The notes beneath the pieces are model-generated. The model saw nothing but the letters and a program-made list of their open reading frames with translations. It did no database searches and was not told where the DNA came from. Positions 46,840 through 56,322 of a stretch of 64,000 nucleotides of DNA are shown here, one piece after another (within the stretch, counting starts at the first letter, position 1; the number at the start of each line of letters is the position of its first letter). Position numbers and translations under genes: made by a program. Location: positions 21,472-85,471 of the IMG/VR virus record IMGVR_UViG_3300015370_000516; one strand, written 5' to 3'. This stretch comes from a virus (taxonomy: Duplodnaviria; Caudoviricetes).

Positions 46840-47779
46840 AAAAATCCTTTTTTGTGCCCCCAGATTCGATTACGGCTTGCCTGAGTTGGGAGCTTCTCCG
46901 GAGGAGTTGCACATGGTACATACTCTTCTGGACATGGGTGTGCAGGTGGAACGCTTTGACTTCCGCAAGCTTATTCAGGAGTTGGGTTCTCCTCAAATTG
47001 TAAATGAGGCGCTAAGGACTGAATTAGACAATGACTACGATGCTGTCTTTTACGTTCCTTTTGAGGGATGGGAAATTAGTGATGAAACCTGGGTTTTTGG
47101 AACTGACGTTATTAAAATTATTTGGTTGTTTAATGATGCTTGGCGTTACCCCCAGCTTGGCAAAGAGAAGTGTTGGAGTTTTAACGTAGTTGTCTCGGAT
47201 GACCCCAGAGCAGTTGATAAATATAAAAGTATTTCTTATGACGGTAAAGTTGTGTATTTGCCAAGAGCTTGTCGGACTGGCTGGCTTTCTGGGGCTGCCC
47301 CAGAAGATGTCCGACTCTACGATCTAACTTTTATAGGCAGTCCTTATGGGCAGCGTACCCAAATTGCCACAGCCATCAAAGAGCTTCTGCCAGACTTAAA
47401 CATTTTTATTGGGCATGTTGATGGTCGTAAACTACCTTGGGAAGAATATATTAGGGTGCTACGTTCAACTAAAATAGGGCTTAGTCTGGGCATGGCCTCC
47501 GGGGGTACGGAAATGCAGATAAAAATGCGGGACTTCGAGATCTCTGCCTCCGGGGCTATGTTGTTATCAAATAATCCTGGCTTAGAGGAAGTCTACGATC
47601 TTGGTGTAGAGGCAATACTCTTTGGGCAAGCAGAGGACATCTTGACTAAGGTGCGGTATTTTCTGGATCATCCGGACGATAGGATTAAGGTAGCAACGGC
47701 TGGGCAGTCAAGAACGTTAGCTGAGCATGATTATACAAATAGGTTCACAACTTTGTTTTCTTTACTTGGAAATTCTTGA
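46826..47779 (+). CDS. CgeB-like GT-B glycosyltransferase
   Basis: WLFNDAWR, DLTFIGSPYGQR, KMRDFEISASGAMLL, EHDYTNR. Confidence 0.85.
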   Translation: MPHFRKILFCAPRFDYGLPELGASPEELHMVHTLLDMGVQVERFDFRKLIQELGSPQIVNEALRTELDNDYDAVFYVPFEGWEISDETWVFGTDVIKIIWLFNDAWRYPQLGKEKCWSFNVVVSDDPRAVDKYKSISYDGKVVYLPRACRTGWLSGAAPEDVRLYDLTFIGSPYGQRTQIATAIKELLPDLNIFIGHVDGRKLPWEEYIRVLRSTKIGLSLGMASGGTEMQIKMRDFEISASGAMLLSNNPGLEEVYDLGVEAILFGQAEDILTKVRYFLDHPDDRIKVATAGQSRTLAEHDYTNRFTTLFSLLGNS

Positions 47780-48591
47780 TGTACAATTTGAATGAAATAG
47801 TTAATAAAGTGCATTGTGCTGATTGTCTTGAATTCTTACGAGATATGCCAAGTGCTTGTATTCCTTTGATAGTGACCAGTCCGCCTTATTTTGCATTTCA
47901 AGAATATGAGAATTTGGTGGGGTATGCTGATTACCCAGCTTTTATGCAAGGACTCTTAGATCGATTCAGGGAATGTTGTCGGGTTCTGATTCCTGGTGGA
48001 AGGTTGGTCATAAATATTGATGATAAACATGGGGGGATTACAACGCATAAAGAATCTTGTTGCTATCCTACGCATGCATCTCTTATTCAGGGTATTTTGA
48101 GCAGCAATGATATAATTTATAAAGGTAATATTTTTTGGGATAAGGGCGCACGTGGGGGACATGCTACCGGAGGAGCATCTCACATGTTGGGTAGTTATCC
48201 ATATCCTTCTGAAATTCCTATTATAACGAATTATGAGTATATTTTGGTATTCAAAAAGCTGGGCAAACGTGTGATTGTTGACAAGAGCACATCTCGTTTG
48301 ACTTATGATGATTTCAAAACTGCAATAGGAATTTGGAAGATAGCTGCTGAGAAAAAGAGAGATGATCACCCCTGTCCGTTTCCAATAGAAATACCTGGTC
48401 GAATTATAAAGCTATTCTCTTTTGTCGGCGATGTTGTGCTTGATCCTTTTATTGGTTCTGGTACAACAGCGTTGGCTGCGCGTAAACTGGATCGTAAATT
48501 CTTGGGCATTGATCTTAGTCCTGAATACTGTGCTTTTGCCCAAGAACGAGTTGCGAGTCTTCCTAAGACTTTCTTGGACTTGCTAAAATGA
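47776..48591 (+). CDS. Beta-class DNA amino-methyltransferase 4 (SPPY, likely m4C)
   Basis: TSPPYF, HPCPFP, VLDPFIGSGTT. Confidence 0.93.
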   Translation: MMYNLNEIVNKVHCADCLEFLRDMPSACIPLIVTSPPYFAFQEYENLVGYADYPAFMQGLLDRFRECCRVLIPGGRLVINIDDKHGGITTHKESCCYPTHASLIQGILSSNDIIYKGNIFWDKGARGGHATGGASHMLGSYPYPSEIPIITNYEYILVFKKLGKRVIVDKSTSRLTYDDFKTAIGIWKIAAEKKRDDHPCPFPIEIPGRIIKLFSFVGDVVLDPFIGSGTTALAARKLDRKFLGIDLSPEYCAFAQERVASLPKTFLDLLK

Positions 48592-49367
48592 AAAATCCGA
48601 GTATAAACATTGGACCCACCGCGGCTCCGATAGTTTCAATCCTGATGCCGGTGTATAATGCAGAAAAGTATCTGCATCAGTCCGTTGCCTCGATCTTAGA
48701 ACAAAAGGGCGTGTCTAAGTTTGAGGTGATCATCATTGATGATGGCTCCACCGATAAATCGTTTGACATCCTGCAGGAGATGGGTGACGAGCGTTTTTTA
48801 ATCCTGCGCCAACGTGAAAACAAGGGCATAGTTCGTTCTCTTAATATTGGCATGCTCCGCACCACTGCTCCGTTAATTGCCCGCATGGATGCAGATGATG
48901 TAATGCACCCAGAGCGGTTGATAAAGCAAATTAACTTCATGCGACAGAATCCTTTTTTGACAGCTTGTGGGACTTATTTCGATTATATTAACGAGGATAG
49001 TAGGGTTACTGGGGCAGCTATGCAATTTCCTATTCAACCACCTGATGTCAGAGAGGCGTTTAAGAAGTTTACGGCTATAGGTCATCCTACTGCGATGTTT
49101 AGGAAGGACTTCTTGTTCAAATTGGCTCCGGATTTATACTCTTCTAAGTACCCGTATTGCGCTGAGGATTTGGGGTTGTGGCTTAAGTTGTTGTCCAGAA
49201 AAGCGCTTCTGGCAAATCTCGGAGAAGTACTTTTACATTATAGAGTACATTCCGGTCAAACGGGGGCAAAGGTACGTGGAAGAGAAAAGGAACAGGTAGC
49301 ATTGGTCTATCAAGATTGGGCGCATTTGGTGTGGCCTGCAAAAGAAGAGATTGAGGTGCAAGCATGA
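48588..49367 (+). CDS. Glycosyltransferase family 2
   Basis: SILMPVYN, IIDDGSTD, ARMDADD, CAEDLGLW, YRVH. Confidence 0.93.
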   Translation: MKNPSINIGPTAAPIVSILMPVYNAEKYLHQSVASILEQKGVSKFEVIIIDDGSTDKSFDILQEMGDERFLILRQRENKGIVRSLNIGMLRTTAPLIARMDADDVMHPERLIKQINFMRQNPFLTACGTYFDYINEDSRVTGAAMQFPIQPPDVREAFKKFTAIGHPTAMFRKDFLFKLAPDLYSSKYPYCAEDLGLWLKLLSRKALLANLGEVLLHYRVHSGQTGAKVRGREKEQVALVYQDWAHLVWPAKEEIEVQA

Positions 49368-50143
49368 GCCTATATCACGACCATTATGATTTAATCCATT
49401 CTCAGAAGGACTACTCCGCTGAGGTGGAAACGATTGTACAGGCTTACAGGCAAACCGCTAATACTAAATTTTTGGGTCGGGTGCTGGACGTGGGATGTGG
49501 AACAGGCAATCATAGCCTGGAATTGGCTAAGCAGGCTGCCGGAGTCCTTGGAATAGATACTGACCCCCCTATGGTGGAGAAAGCCCAGCAGAAGGCATCG
49601 TGTGGGGCTGGAAAGGCTAAATTCCTTTATACATCTGTCCAAGAGCTAATGGATTTTGGATTCGATCTGACAATTTCCATGTTTAACGTGGTAAATTACA
49701 TTGAAACGCTTCCTGAGTTGTTGTCTTTCTTTGCAGCTATCTACAGGCGCTTGAATCATAATGGGGTATTCGTTTTTGATGTCTGGAACGGAACAGCAGT
49801 TTTAAGAGATCCTCCTAAAAAGGAAGAACGCAACATTCAGGTGGGGGGTATAACGGTTACAAGAAAGACAATAATTCAGAAAATTGATCCTATTGTGGTA
49901 GGTGACACAATTCATATAAATAATCATTGTAATGTTCTTCAGTTACCAGCCGCTGCTGGTGGGCAATATGTAGTAGACACAAACTTTGACTATGTTACAA
50001 TCATGCGGCTATGGTCAAAAACGATCTTGGAAGAAGTGGCATTGATTGCCGGATTCACTACGGAGTTTTTCAAATGGTATGATTTGACTGTTCCAGCCGA
50101 CCACGACACCTGGAAACTTCTGGGTGTATGCCACAAGAAATAG
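49364..50143 (+). CDS. Class I SAM methyltransferase resembling amino-sugar N-methyltransferases (TylM1/DesVI-like)
   Basis: YDLIHSQKDYSAEV, VLDVGCGTG, FDLTISMFNVVNY, LNHNGVFVFD. Confidence 0.75.
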   Translation: MSLYHDHYDLIHSQKDYSAEVETIVQAYRQTANTKFLGRVLDVGCGTGNHSLELAKQAAGVLGIDTDPPMVEKAQQKASCGAGKAKFLYTSVQELMDFGFDLTISMFNVVNYIETLPELLSFFAAIYRRLNHNGVFVFDVWNGTAVLRDPPKKEERNIQVGGITVTRKTIIQKIDPIVVGDTIHINNHCNVLQLPAAAGGQYVVDTNFDYVTIMRLWSKTILEEVALIAGFTTEFFKWYDLTVPADHDTWKLLGVCHKK

Positions 50144-50156
50144 AAGAGAAACTATA

Positions 50157-51254
50157 ATGAAAGTCCCACACATGATCCCCCTTATCGGGGAAGAAGAATA
50201 TGTTCAGATCAAGGATTGCTTGGATTCCAAATGGTTATCCGAGGGTACTAAAGCTGACCAGTTTTTACGTATCTTTAAAAAGCTCACAGGGGCTAAGTAT
50301 GCAGTTCTTGCACCTAACGGTACTTTGGCTCTTTATATGGCGCTGAAGGCTGTTGGGGTGGGGGAAGGTGACTATGTTATGGTTCCGGATAGCACTTTCA
50401 TGGGGTCTGCTACCGCTGTAGTTCTTGCCGGAGCTACTCCGGTTTTTGTGGATGTGAACTTGGATTCTTGGCAACTTGACTTTGTTGCGTGTAAAAGTCT
50501 TAAATATGATCATAGCATTAGGGCAATAATGCCGGTACATCTGTGTGGCCATTCTGTGGATATGCCTACATTTATGGAAATGATGGGTGGGTATGCTCCG
50601 GTAATTATAGAAGATGCCTGCCAAACGGTTGGCGTTACCTTTGCTGGTAAGCACACCGGTACATTTGGCAAGGTGGGGGCTTTTAGTTTCTACAGTGATA
50701 AGTCATTTACTATGGGGGAGGGTGGGGCTGTAATTACTGATGATCCGGAGGTATATGCTAAGCTGAGATACTTACGGTGTCTGGGGAGACTCAGCAAGGG
50801 CAGCTACGTGCATGTGGAAAATGGATTCAACTTTTACATTACTGATTTGCAAGCTGCCATAGGTATAGCTCAGTTGGAGAGGATCAATAAGATAAAAAGT
50901 CGTAAAATGGTTTTGTATCAGCATTATAGAGCAAACCTGCTTGACTTAGCCGCTGCTGAAAAAATACATTTTCCGGTTATTCCTAAAGAATCATCGCTCA
51001 TACCATTTCGTATGTTTATACGTACAGAGGCGTTGGCCGATGATTTGATCAAATATCTGGCCAGTAAAGAAATAGGTGCTCGTGGGTTTTACTACCCACT
51101 GCACCGGCAGCCTTGTTTTTCTCATCTAATGGATTCGAGAAAGTTTCCCAACGCGGATTTGCTTTATCATCATGCTCTGCTGCTTCCGCTCTATCCTGAC
51201 TTGACCGAAGAGCAGGTAGATTATGTATGTGCCGCGCTAAAGGAATATTTTTAA
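50157..51254 (+). CDS. DegT/DnrJ/EryC1/StrS PLP sugar aminotransferase
   Basis: NGTLAL, AIMPVHLCG, IEDACQ, FSFYSDKSFTMGEGG. Confidence 0.93.
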   Translation: MKVPHMIPLIGEEEYVQIKDCLDSKWLSEGTKADQFLRIFKKLTGAKYAVLAPNGTLALYMALKAVGVGEGDYVMVPDSTFMGSATAVVLAGATPVFVDVNLDSWQLDFVACKSLKYDHSIRAIMPVHLCGHSVDMPTFMEMMGGYAPVIIEDACQTVGVTFAGKHTGTFGKVGAFSFYSDKSFTMGEGGAVITDDPEVYAKLRYLRCLGRLSKGSYVHVENGFNFYITDLQAAIGIAQLERINKIKSRKMVLYQHYRANLLDLAAAEKIHFPVIPKESSLIPFRMFIRTEALADDLIKYLASKEIGARGFYYPLHRQPCFSHLMDSRKFPNADLLYHHALLLPLYPDLTEEQVDYVCAALKEYF

Positions 51255-52141
51255 TGAAAAACAGGGTTTATACTGCCGAAGAATTGGTCCAGCTTTTACG
51301 CCAAAAATATAGTAGTCCAGACCGTTATGTGGTACTTGAACAGGTTGCTGATAGTACTGGGATAGGTTGGCATTCTTGGATTGATGCTGTTGTCTTGTGG
51401 CTTTGGCCTTCGGATGGTATAAAGCGTGCTGCTTTTGAGGTTAAAGTATCCAGGCAGGATTGGCTGCATGAAATTCAGCGCATTAACAAGAATGCTTGGG
51501 CTCGTGAGTACTTTCATGAGTTTTGGTTTCTTGCTCCTGATTTTGTAATTCAGATTGAGGAATTGCCCGAAGGTTCCGGGTGGATGAAACCGGTTGGATC
51601 GGGTCTTCGCATTATGCGTGCCGCATCACGTAAGGACAATCCGGCTTGTGACGATGCATTGATTTCGTCTTTGGCAAGATCTATGCAAAAGTACATCGCC
51701 AAGTCTGGGAAAGAGGCTTATAGATCAGCAAAGGAAGACGATATTGACTACAGCTCTGCCAAGAAATGGGAAGAGGTTGGCCGGGCTTTTCTACAGAGCC
51801 ATGGTATAATGAATGTGTATACGGTGGAAGTTTCTGACTTTGAACGTGCCAGTGGGGATGCCGGGACTCGAAGGACTGCGGAACAGATGCAAGATGTTCT
51901 GATTGGCCTACGTAGTAAAATGCAGAATTCCTTAGCGCATCATATAGCGATGGCCTATTTAGCACTTGATGCCACAGACGAAGCCGGTCAGTATCTTCTA
52001 AATATGTGGAATTTGGGGGTTGAAGCACGTGGCGATGTTGCCGCTTCGCTTGTTAAACAAAAAGAACTAATTCTAATACAAGTGCAAGATATTTTAAAAA
52101 GTCTTAAACTTAGCAGTCAATTTTCAAGTACCCACGATTGA
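51254..52141 (+). CDS. MmcB-like PD-(D/E)xK protein; C-terminal residues (SSTHD) encoded by the IS end
   Basis: WIDAVVL...AFEVKVSRQDWLHE...EFWFLAP...ELPEGSG. Confidence 0.7.
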   Translation: MKNRVYTAEELVQLLRQKYSSPDRYVVLEQVADSTGIGWHSWIDAVVLWLWPSDGIKRAAFEVKVSRQDWLHEIQRINKNAWAREYFHEFWFLAPDFVIQIEELPEGSGWMKPVGSGLRIMRAASRKDNPACDDALISSLARSMQKYIAKSGKEAYRSAKEDDIDYSSAKKWEEVGRAFLQSHGIMNVYTVEVSDFERASGDAGTRRTAEQMQDVLIGLRSKMQNSLAHHIAMAYLALDATDEAGQYLLNMWNLGVEARGDVAASLVKQKELILIQVQDILKSLKLSSQFSSTHD

Positions 52142-53236
52142 AATCGTGGGATTGTAAGTCATCGTTAGTTTGATGCCTACGATAGGTTGCTTGAAATCAA
52201 CCCGTTTAGAAATAACTTTAGCAGCATTAAGGTCAGCATTTTCAGAATGTCCACAACTACAGCAAACAAATTCAGCTTGATTTTTCCGGTTAGCTTTGTC
52301 TGTATAGCTGCAGCAAGAACATTCTCTTGATGTGTTTCTTGGATCAACCAGAACGACAGGGATGCCGTCTCTTAATGCTTTGTAGCTCAGAAATGTTCTT
52401 AATTGAAAGAATGCCCAACTACTGTGTTTAGCTCGTTCCGATTTCCTTACCGTGACTCTTGTTCGGATGCCTTTGAGGTCTTCAAGAGCGAATCCTTGTT
52501 GAGTGTCTTTAGCTTTCTGAACGAGTTTCTTGGAAACGCAATGGTTTACATCTGTTCTGAATCGAGATTCATTTCGTCTGATTTTTTTAAGGTGACGTTT
52601 AGCCGATTTGGTTCCTTTGGCTTGGAGATTGGCTCTGAGATTAGAGTATCGTTGTCGTACTTGTTCGACTTGCTTACCGGAGAACGATTCTCCTGTACTA
52701 TCGGTAGCGATGTTGATTATGCCAAGGTCAATGCCAATGAATCCGGTAGGTACTATTGGTGGTATTTCGGTAGTTTCAACGGTAGCCAGCAGGTAGAAGA
52801 TGCTATCTACGAGAACTAAATCAGCTTGTCCTCGTGCATGTTTCATTCTTTCAAGTTGGTAGCCGGAAAGAATCATGGGAATGGTTTGACGACCGACAAG
52901 AGTCCAGAGGCTAACGGATTCCAAGCCTTTGAATCGCATGATTCGACTATCATAGATAACAGCCCCAAGTGGCTTAAACTGGAGTTGAACTCGTTTCTTA
53001 CGCCCGGCATCGCAAACTTTACCTATAGCGCGAGCAGCCATTTGAGCAGAAAGTTCAAATTTAGATTTAACATTATAATATACAATTTTATGAAGGTTGA
53101 ATGCAGACCAGTTATTTTCATTGAAAGCAACTTCAGCAATGTAATTACAAGCAGCATTAAATTGTATCATCGTCTGCTTGAGAATCTCATGCTGTTCAGC
53201 AGACGGGCAAAGTTTTATTTTGAGTGTAGTCTTCAT
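52124..53236 (-). CDS. tnpB: TnpB RNA-guided nuclease, catalytic residues intact
   Basis: GIDLG, ALEDL, CSCC/CCSC zinc finger, ADLNAA. Confidence 0.95.
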   Translation of the reverse strand: MKTTLKIKLCPSAEQHEILKQTMIQFNAACNYIAEVAFNENNWSAFNLHKIVYYNVKSKFELSAQMAARAIGKVCDAGRKKRVQLQFKPLGAVIYDSRIMRFKGLESVSLWTLVGRQTIPMILSGYQLERMKHARGQADLVLVDSIFYLLATVETTEIPPIVPTGFIGIDLGIINIATDSTGESFSGKQVEQVRQRYSNLRANLQAKGTKSAKRHLKKIRRNESRFRTDVNHCVSKKLVQKAKDTQQGFALEDLKGIRTRVTVRKSERAKHSSWAFFQLRTFLSYKALRDGIPVVLVDPRNTSRECSCCSYTDKANRKNQAEFVCCSCGHSENADLNAAKVISKRVDFKQPIVGIKLTMTYNPTISIVGT

Positions 53237-53248
53237 ATTTTTATGACC

Positions 53249-53277
53249 AATATACTCATAAGATTTGAAGAAGTCAA
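53249..53277 (-). promoter_or_regulatory. tnpB2 promoter
   Basis: TTGACT-N17-TATATT on the minus strand. Confidence 0.65.
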
Positions 53278-53343
53278 GTACTATTTAACTGGAGGTGGCA
53301 TTCCTCCCACGACTGAAGTCATGGGTTTCCTGCCACAAGAATC

Positions 53344-54075
53344 ATGAATCCAGAAGTACAAGCTGTTCTTGATGGTCAAAGTAGTGGTTGTGTGGTTTGT
53401 GGTGATTGTCTTAGCATCATGCACGAGATGCCCGATAATTCCGTTGATTTGCTATTGACCGATCCTCCATACGGGATTGGTGTAAACAATATGGGACTTG
53501 GGCTTGGTGGGGGTCTTTATCGTAAAATTGACCGCCGGGGTGGGGCATGGGATGACCAAAGGATTACCACAGAATGTCTAAACGAAATGATCAGAATATC
53601 CAAGAATCAAATTATTTGGGGTGGTAACTACTACGCTGATTTACTTGCACCATCGCGGGGGTGGTTGGTATGGGATAAACGGCTGGATCAATTGCCAGAC
53701 GATTATGGAGATTGTGAGTTAGCATGGACTTCTTTGGATAAAGTGGCAAGGATTTTTCGCTATTTATGGCGCGGGTTTCAACAGGGTGATATGAAACATA
53801 AGGAAGTTAAGTTTCATCCGACCCAAAAGCCTGTTTCTTTAATGAAGTGGTGTTTAGGATTTGGTAATGAATCTGATCTTATCCTCGACCCTTTTCTTGG
53901 TTCTGGTACCACGGCAGTAGCAGCCAAACTATTAGGACGTCGTTTTATAGGAATTGAAATCAATCCTGATTATTGTAAAATTGCCAGTGATAGGTTATCT
54001 CAATTTGCAGATGCAACAGTAGAAGAACGCATCTGTGCTGGGTTGCCGCTAAACTTTATGGACTTGTTGGGGTAG
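53344..54075 (+). CDS. Beta-class DNA amino-methyltransferase 5, paralog of MTase 1
   Basis: TDPPY, HPTQKP, ILDPFLGSGTT. Confidence 0.93.
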   Translation: MNPEVQAVLDGQSSGCVVCGDCLSIMHEMPDNSVDLLLTDPPYGIGVNNMGLGLGGGLYRKIDRRGGAWDDQRITTECLNEMIRISKNQIIWGGNYYADLLAPSRGWLVWDKRLDQLPDDYGDCELAWTSLDKVARIFRYLWRGFQQGDMKHKEVKFHPTQKPVSLMKWCLGFGNESDLILDPFLGSGTTAVAAKLLGRRFIGIEINPDYCKIASDRLSQFADATVEERICAGLPLNFMDLLG

Positions 54076-54079
54076 GACA

Positions 54080-54874
54080 ATGATAGGATTTCAGCTAACA
54101 CAGGGGATGGGTAATAACTTCTATCAGATCGCTCTCACGACAACACAAGCGTGCAAACTGGGTGTTCCTGCAAAATTCTCTCCTTCCCCATGGATGCCAG
54201 CCAGTCAATATGCTGCGATTTTCAAAAATAACCTCGATTGGACTTTCAACCATGAAGAAGTCAAGGCTATCTATTCTGAACCACATTATCATTATGCTCC
54301 GATTCCAATTCAGGATGGCCTGGAGTTACGCGGTTATTTTCAGTCTCCAAAATACTTTGACAAGGAAATCGCTTTGGAACTGTTTGAGCCGCGTGCCTCT
54401 ATAATAGATGCAATAAAGGCAGAACGTTCTAATCTGCTGGCTTTGGCTCCGGTTTCCATACACGTGCGCAGGGGAAATTACATAGAGCAGAGCAAGTGGC
54501 ATCCGGTACACGGCATGGACTTTTTCAATAAGGCTATGGCCTTGTTCCCAAACCGGATTTTTGTAATTTTCAGTGATGATATGCCCTGGTGCTACGAGCA
54601 GTTTGGGGGAAGAGACGATGTTGTATTCATTGATCATACAGTATGTTACAGTGAATTCTTTGCCGTAGACTTTTTCCTTATGGCAATGTGCCAAGATAAC
54701 ATCATAGCTAATTCAACCTTCAGTTATTGGGCGGCGTACCTGAATCCCAACCCAGATCATCGTGTGATAGCTCCACTGCCTTGGTTTGGACCAGCTTACG
54801 ACCAGCACAACATCAAGGACTTACTGCCAAGAGAATGGGAAATCATAGAAGCAATCCCGTGGAAGATTGGTTAA
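54080..54874 (+). CDS. Glycosyltransferase family 11 (alpha-1,2-fucosyltransferase-like)
   Basis: GMGNNFYQ, GYFQS, SIHVRRGNY, FSDD, IIANSTFSYWAAYL. Confidence 0.92.
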   Translation: MIGFQLTQGMGNNFYQIALTTTQACKLGVPAKFSPSPWMPASQYAAIFKNNLDWTFNHEEVKAIYSEPHYHYAPIPIQDGLELRGYFQSPKYFDKEIALELFEPRASIIDAIKAERSNLLALAPVSIHVRRGNYIEQSKWHPVHGMDFFNKAMALFPNRIFVIFSDDMPWCYEQFGGRDDVVFIDHTVCYSEFFAVDFFLMAMCQDNIIANSTFSYWAAYLNPNPDHRVIAPLPWFGPAYDQHNIKDLLPREWEIIEAIPWKIG

Positions 54875-54898
54875 TCATACTTCCAAATTTTTAAGATT

Positions 54899-54913
54899 TT
54901 TACTATAACCTAA
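54899..54913 (+). promoter_or_regulatory. TTTACTATAAYCTAA motif, candidate phage promoter
   Basis: Identical to 38979-38993. Confidence 0.6.
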
Positions 54914-54939
54914 AGAGGCAATGCAAAAGAGGCAACGCT

Positions 54940-55530
54940 GTGGATTGGACTCCCATACAGAACAGACGATTTGAATACCCCTTGACTGAAGAATCTATCG
55001 TGCTTGACGTCGGCGGGTACGTTGGTGATTTTGCAGCCAGAATATATGATACACACGGCTGCTACGTTTATGTCTACGAGCCTTCCCAGCGGTATTATGA
55101 TGAACTATTGCGAAGGTTTAATGGTAATTCCAAAATAGCTGTATTTCATTATGGGTTGGGATACCGTGACGGTCATACGTTTATTCGTGGCTCTGGGGAT
55201 GCCTTATCTATTCATAATGGAAATGCAACCCAAGAGACGGTATTAATCAAAGATGCTGCCGAGGTATTGGATCATTTGAAAAAGCATCATGGGGTGCATT
55301 CAATTGATTTAATGAAGTTGAACGCTGAGGGTTCGGAATTTGAAATACTTCCACGTCTGGTAGAAACTTCTTATATTACCAGAATCGGATTCTTGCAGAT
55401 TCAATATCATGATTTCTATCCAAATTCCAGGGAGTTGGCTGCCCAGATTACTTTGGAACTGGAAAAGACACACAATATCATGTGGAACTACCCATTTACT
55501 TGGGAAAGCTGGAGTAAGAAAAATTCATGA
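54940..55530 (+). CDS. FkbM-family methyltransferase
   Basis: VLDVGGYVG, YVYEP, IDLMKLNAEGSEFEIL, LQIQYH. Confidence 0.9.
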   Translation: MDWTPIQNRRFEYPLTEESIVLDVGGYVGDFAARIYDTHGCYVYVYEPSQRYYDELLRRFNGNSKIAVFHYGLGYRDGHTFIRGSGDALSIHNGNATQETVLIKDAAEVLDHLKKHHGVHSIDLMKLNAEGSEFEILPRLVETSYITRIGFLQIQYHDFYPNSRELAAQITLELEKTHNIMWNYPFTWESWSKKNS

Positions 55531-56322
55531 ATATTGCCATCATCACTTTAGACAGCCTTCGCTTTGACGTAGCAGAGGCGGCTGCTACTCCGAACTTTCG
55601 TCAGTTGATAGCTCTGGCTGGACTGCCAAATTGGGTTAGGGTGGGGTGTCATGGGACATACACCCTGCCATCTCATTTTGCGATGTTTGCCAACGGGTAC
55701 TTGCCTAACCGCAATGAGCCTGACGTTCCTGGACCTTATAATAGCGACAAAGTACGCCTCTTCCGAGTAGTTCTTAATGAGCTTCCTAATACCAAAATAG
55801 TATATCCCACATCCCCCAATTACCCCAATATCGTAAGAGGTTTTGCTGGCATTGGTTATCGTACTGTAGCTGTTGGTGGGGTTGGTTGGTTTCGTAATGA
55901 TGTTCCTACATCCTCCTTCTGGGAACGTGATTTCTTTGATGAGGTGTATTGGAACACCGGGTTTCATGAGGCGGTCGCGGAGTCGTTTGAGAATCAGATT
56001 AATCTATGTCATATCCTACATCTTGGTGATAGTGCCATTCCGTTGTTTTTTTTTCCTGAACGTGGCTTCTACCCATTTTCCTTATAGAGTTGCAGAAGTT
56101 GATAACGGTCTCATAGATCCAAAACGGGAACATCAGCAGGATGCCTTGCAATATGTGGATTCTCATTTTCCTGAGTTATTGGATATGCTACCCAGACCCC
56201 TACATCTGATTATATTCGGTGACCACGGTGACTGCTTTGGTGAAGATGGTAAATGGAGTCACGGGTTTTTTCATCCCAAGGTTATGGAGGTTCCGATGCT
56301 AAGTTTAATTCTGGAAAGCTGA
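55527..56322 (+). pseudogene. Alkaline-phosphatase/sulfatase-superfamily hydrolase (STM4013-like), frameshifted at a T9 tract
   Basis: IITLDSLRFD, T.PSH, VGGVGWF in frame 1; THFPY, GDHGDCFGEDG.WSHG in frame 2; T9 at 56046-56054 joins the two if shortened to T8. Confidence 0.8.

Larger units (their letters stand above)
52123..53343 (-). mobile_element. IS200/IS605-family (IS1341-like, tnpB only) element 2
   Basis: Hairpins CCCATGACTTCAGTCGTGGG (left) and CCCACGATTTCAATCGTGGG (right); TTCAT left flank. Confidence 0.9.

Noticed and set aside
53428-53445. Extra copy of the family-2 end motif (gataattccg)
   Set aside because: It lies in frame within MTase 5 (PDNSV) and lacks the upstream tgttaa part
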